The position numbers were made by a program, and so were the translations under genes. A stretch of DNA of 64,000 nt from assembly GCF_003918875.1 (NCBI RefSeq), contig NW_025767002.1, forward strand, positions 1,116,001-1,180,000, written 5' to 3'. The stretch is from Haliotis rubra (lineage: Eukaryota). Positions 63,892 through 64,000 of this stretch are shown here, piece after piece (position 1 is the first letter of the stretch; every line of letters starts with the position of its first letter). The notes below the pieces were generated by a model. The model saw only the letters and a list, made by a program, of their open reading frames with translations. It searched no databases and was not told the origin of the DNA.

Positions 63892-64000
63892 CTGGAATGG
63901 GAAACAGTGGTAATGTTATGTGAAGGTTCCAACACTTTAGGACAATGTTCTGGATTACAAATCACCTTGGCATTACTTAACCTGGGAATACCTCTTAGTG

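Overview
Eukaryotic, repeat-rich genomic DNA with several N gaps. The SINE complement suggests a gastropod mollusc, possibly abalone; this is an inference. Two gene systems stand out. (1) An intron-containing, polyadenylated linker histone of the oocyte H1.8/H1oo/B4 type (+ strand, exons 32281-32886 and 37517-37576, 221 aa), with CPE-like motifs in its short 3'UTR. (2) Convergent with it, a ~22 kb tandem array (~39970-62550) holding seven copies of an unrecognised, usually 3-exon gene (- strand, 269 aa when intact). The ORF track shows that gene only in pieces. Its protein has an exon-encoded 43-aa internal repeat, a leucine zipper resembling an ATF4-type bZIP with a degenerate basic region, and a basic amphipathic C-terminus, and each copy has a palindromic CRE about 80 bp upstream of the ATG. 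Copies differ in exon number, GT versus GC donor and frameshifts. The rest is mainly three SINE-like families sharing a covarying 3' stem-loop (one has a non-tRNA pseudoknotted 5' head), L2 and Rex1/Babar LINE fragments, many MITEs and palindromes, and minisatellites. There are also candidate first exons (2084-2149, 16949-17035) and a candidate terminal exon (63670-63891) of other minus-strand genes. No CRISPR, rRNA or true tRNA genes were seen.
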